NCBI GenBank assembly: GCA_944384555.1
Contig: CALWTV010000026.1
Span: 1 to 37,346 of the forward strand
DNA length: 37,346 bases
Reading direction: 5' to 3'
Source of the DNA: an uncultured Clostridia bacterium
GTDB taxonomy: Bacteria > Bacillota > Clostridia > Oscillospirales > CAG-272
Positions 35,359 to 37,346 of this stretch are shown piece after piece. Each line of letters begins with the position of its first letter. The first letter of the stretch is position 1. A program made the position numbers and the translations under genes. The notes beneath the pieces are model-generated. The model had not been told where the DNA came from, did no database searches, and was given only the letters and a program-made list of their open reading frames with translations.

Positions 35359-36105
35359 ATGGAACAGATTTATACAATACCCGTAAATGAAGCTTTTGAG
35401 TCATCGATGAATGACAATACAAAAGGCTGTCCGTTCTGCACTTTATTCAATATGCTTGAAAATGATGAAATTGATTTGATACTTGGAGCGTCAATGATGG
35501 AGCCTGATGTGCGAATCCGTACAAATGAACAGGGATTTTGCTTTACACATTATCAGATGATGATGGCGCGCCGGAATCGCCTTCAGCTTGCGCTTATTTT
35601 GGAAAGTCATCTGCTTGAGGTATTCGGAAAAATCAAGGGAGGCGGAATGGGTGAGCTTATATCCGGAGCGGGAAGCGGAGCTATGAAAACGCTTTCAAAG
35701 CTTAATGAAGACTGCTATGTATGCGGAAGAATAGAGCATAATTTCGCGCTGATGATAGAAACCGCCGTACTTTTATGGGAAAATGACGAGCAGTTCCGCG
35801 CAAAAACCGCAGCTCAGCCATATTTTTGCTTGCCGCATTACGAGCGTTTTATTTCTACCGCAAAGGCACGTATGAACAAGAAGAAGTTTGCGGGATTTTT
35901 TGAGGCTGTGTCAAAAGTTGAAAATGCTTATTTTGAAAAATTGAATAATGACGTAAGCTGGTTCTGCAAAAAATTTGATTACCGTTATCAGGACGAGCCG
36001 TGGTATGATTCCAAAGACGCAGTCGAGCGCGCGGTAAAATTTGTGGCTGGCGATTTGCATAATCCGCCGGAAGATAAAAAATCCGGCAAGGATACGCTTA
36101 GATAA
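35359..36105 (+). CDS. Cys-rich hypothetical protein with duplicated CxxC...CxxH modules
   Basis: 248 aa with SD AAAGGAGA upstream. CPFC-33 aa-CFTH is followed by CYVC-34 aa-CLPH. I can name no family with confidence. Confidence 0.7.
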   Translation: MEQIYTIPVNEAFESSMNDNTKGCPFCTLFNMLENDEIDLILGASMMEPDVRIRTNEQGFCFTHYQMMMARRNRLQLALILESHLLEVFGKIKGGGMGELISGAGSGAMKTLSKLNEDCYVCGRIEHNFALMIETAVLLWENDEQFRAKTAAQPYFCLPHYERFISTAKARMNKKKFAGFFEAVSKVENAYFEKLNNDVSWFCKKFDYRYQDEPWYDSKDAVERAVKFVAGDLHNPPEDKKSGKDTLR

Positions 36106-36138
36106 AATATATATGCGGTCAACAATTTGTGGTATAAG

Positions 36139-36167
36139 TTGACTTTGAGATAAAAATATAGTATAAT
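36139..36167 (+). promoter_or_regulatory. Sigma-A promoter of rnpB
   Basis: TTGACT (36139-36144), a 17-nt spacer, then TATAAT (36162-36167), placing the transcription start at about the first P1 nucleotides. Confidence 0.55.
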
Positions 36168-36173
36168 AATGAT

Positions 36174-36659
36174 ATAACCAAGCTGTGCTGTCGCGTAATA
36201 TCAGGCCGAAAGGTATTATTATGAGGAAAGTCCGGGCTTCGCAGGGCAGGATAACGGATAACGTCCGCCGAGGGTGACCTTAGGGAAAGTGCAACAGAAA
36301 TAGACCGCCGTATCTTTGAAAAAGCTTTATCAGGCTTTACGGAGCTTTATAAAGATTTCATAAAAATACGGTAAGGATGGAAAGGCGAGGTAAGAGCTCA
36401 CCGGCACGACAGGTGACTGTGTGCAAATGTAAACCCTATCCGAAGCAACACCGCATATGGAAGAATTGCTGTAAAAGGCGATTATATTTGCCCGATAGAA
36501 TTCCATGGGTGGCACATTGAAAAAGGAAACATTAAACAATGAGCGAAACAAAATTTCTCTCTTTGCGAGATTTAGTACTGATTCATGGAGCGTGGAAGCA
36601 ATTTTACGCAAAGATAGATGACGGCGCAAGACAAAACCCGGCTTATAGGCTTGCGTTAT
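36174..36659 (+). ncRNA. rnpB: RNase P RNA (bacterial type-A-like), about 486 nt
   Basis: Universal blocks are present: GAGGAAAGTCCGGGCTTC, GGTAAGGATGGAAAGGCGAGGTAAGAGCTCACCGG, GTAAACCCTATCCGAAGCAA and AGATAGATGACGGCGCAAGACAAAACCCGGCTTATAGG. P1 pairing is ATAACCAAGC with GCTTGCGTTAT. A promoter lies upstream and a terminator downstream. Confidence 0.85.
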
Positions 36660-36666
36660 ATGAATC

Positions 36667-36695
36667 GGAGAGGTTTTTGCCTCTCTGATTTTTTT
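36667..36695 (+). terminator. Intrinsic terminator of rnpB
   Basis: GGAGAGG, loop TTTTTG, then CCTCTCT, followed by GATTTTTTT. Confidence 0.6.
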
Positions 36696-36787
36696 ATATT
36701 TTTCTTAAAATTATGTTTTCTATCTACCAAATATGATATATAATAATTATATAATAATAAATAATTTTCAGATATGGGGGTGCTGTT

Positions 36788-37264
36788 TTGAATTCCAATA
36801 TTTTTGATATAATAAAGCTTCAGCGTGAATTTTTTTCAACGCGCAAAACGTATGATTTGTCATTCCGCCGTCATCTTCTTCAAAATCTTCGGCTCATGCT
36901 TGATGAAAATGAAGCTGATATTTTAGCTGCGTTAAATGCCGACCTCGGAAAATCTTCATGTGAGGCGTATATGACCGAAATCGGTATGGTTCACCGTGAA
37001 ATAAATCTCGCTCTGAGGAATCTATCCCTGTGGACGTCACCTAAAATCGTGCCTACTCCAATATACCTCGCTCCCGGAAAATCAAAAAAGTATCCGCATC
37101 CACTTGGCGTTACGATGATTTTTTCCCCGTGGAACTATCCCGTAAACCTTTCACTTATTCCCCTTGTATCTTCAATTGCAGCGGGAAACTGTACAATTCT
37201 TAAATTATCCGAACACTCAAAAAATACAACTGCTGATATTTCGGAGTTGACTGAACGCAAATAA
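36788..37264 (+). CDS. Aldehyde dehydrogenase (ALDH3-like) N-terminal 158 codons, ending at an apparently premature TAA
   Basis: A TTG start follows GGGGGTG. FSPWNYPVNLSLIPLVSSIAAGNCTILKLSE matches the ALDH NAD-binding region. ALDHs are about 450 aa, and after the TAA (37262-37264) the same frame continues ALDH-like (DKKYIACVT...IDFVLF) to the window edge. Confidence 0.7.
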   Translation: MNSNIFDIIKLQREFFSTRKTYDLSFRRHLLQNLRLMLDENEADILAALNADLGKSSCEAYMTEIGMVHREINLALRNLSLWTSPKIVPTPIYLAPGKSKKYPHPLGVTMIFSPWNYPVNLSLIPLVSSIAAGNCTILKLSEHSKNTTADISELTERK

Positions 37265-37346
37265 GATAAGAAATATATAGCCTGTGTTACCGATAGATTT
37301 GAGGCGCTACGGACAATACGGACTGCGCATATAGATTTTGTACTTT

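Noticed and set aside
36330-36629. 99-aa minus-strand ORF in the ORF track
   Set aside because: It lies entirely antisense to the RNase P RNA gene, has no SD and has an odd composition. The region is explained by rnpB.
1-37346. Stop-codon reassignment as an explanation for the in-frame TAG (ppx) and TAA (ALDH)
   Set aside because: TAA ends the V-ATPase A, B and D genes, ppk1 and others at the positions expected from homologues. TGA ends the OppD-type ATPase, both permeases, tnpA and tnpB. TAG ends the GNAT gene near its expected C-terminus. The standard code fits the window, so point nonsense mutations or base-call errors are more likely.

Overview
This is a 37.3-kb chromosomal segment from a low-GC Firmicute, most likely a member of the Clostridia. 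The evidence for that is a type-A-like RNase P RNA, a V-type ATPase, AT-rich intergenic DNA and GGAGG-type ribosome-binding sites. Contents from left to right: (1) the 3' end of a V-type ATPase operon (A partial, B, D), a GNAT acetyltransferase and an acidic secreted protein. (2) A minus-strand Opp/Dpp-type peptide ABC importer (binding protein, two permeases, two ATPases). Several of its components are unusually enlarged, and an untracked 53-codon membrane-peptide ORF is coupled to the last ATPase gene. (3) An IS607-family insertion sequence (serine-recombinase TnpA plus TnpB). (4) ppx, split by one in-frame TAG, and ppk1. (5) tRNA-Glu(CUC) and an S1-domain protein. (6) A small sugar-type locus: Zn-alcohol dehydrogenase, TIM-barrel isomerase/epimerase, AraC regulator and a signal-less GH18. 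(7) An ABC half-transporter exporter preceded by an 18-codon uORF. Upstream on the same strand lies a 1101-aa membrane-anchored surface protein of unknown function, directly downstream of an OmpR/histidine-kinase pair. (8) L-fucose isomerase plus a GyrI-like protein, an Ogg-type DNA glycosylase, a Cys-rich protein with an internal CxxC...CxxH duplication, rnpB, and the start of an aldehyde dehydrogenase gene that carries an in-frame TAA. I saw no CRISPR array, rRNA, prophage or recognisable defence system. The least explained parts are three: the two-component system / giant surface protein / uORF / ABC exporter / cytoplasmic GH18 block, the expanded peptide importer, and the zinc-finger-less TnpB element. 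All calls come from reading the sequence and the ORF track by eye. Hand-mapped coordinates of small features may be off by 1-2 nt, and no database search was run.
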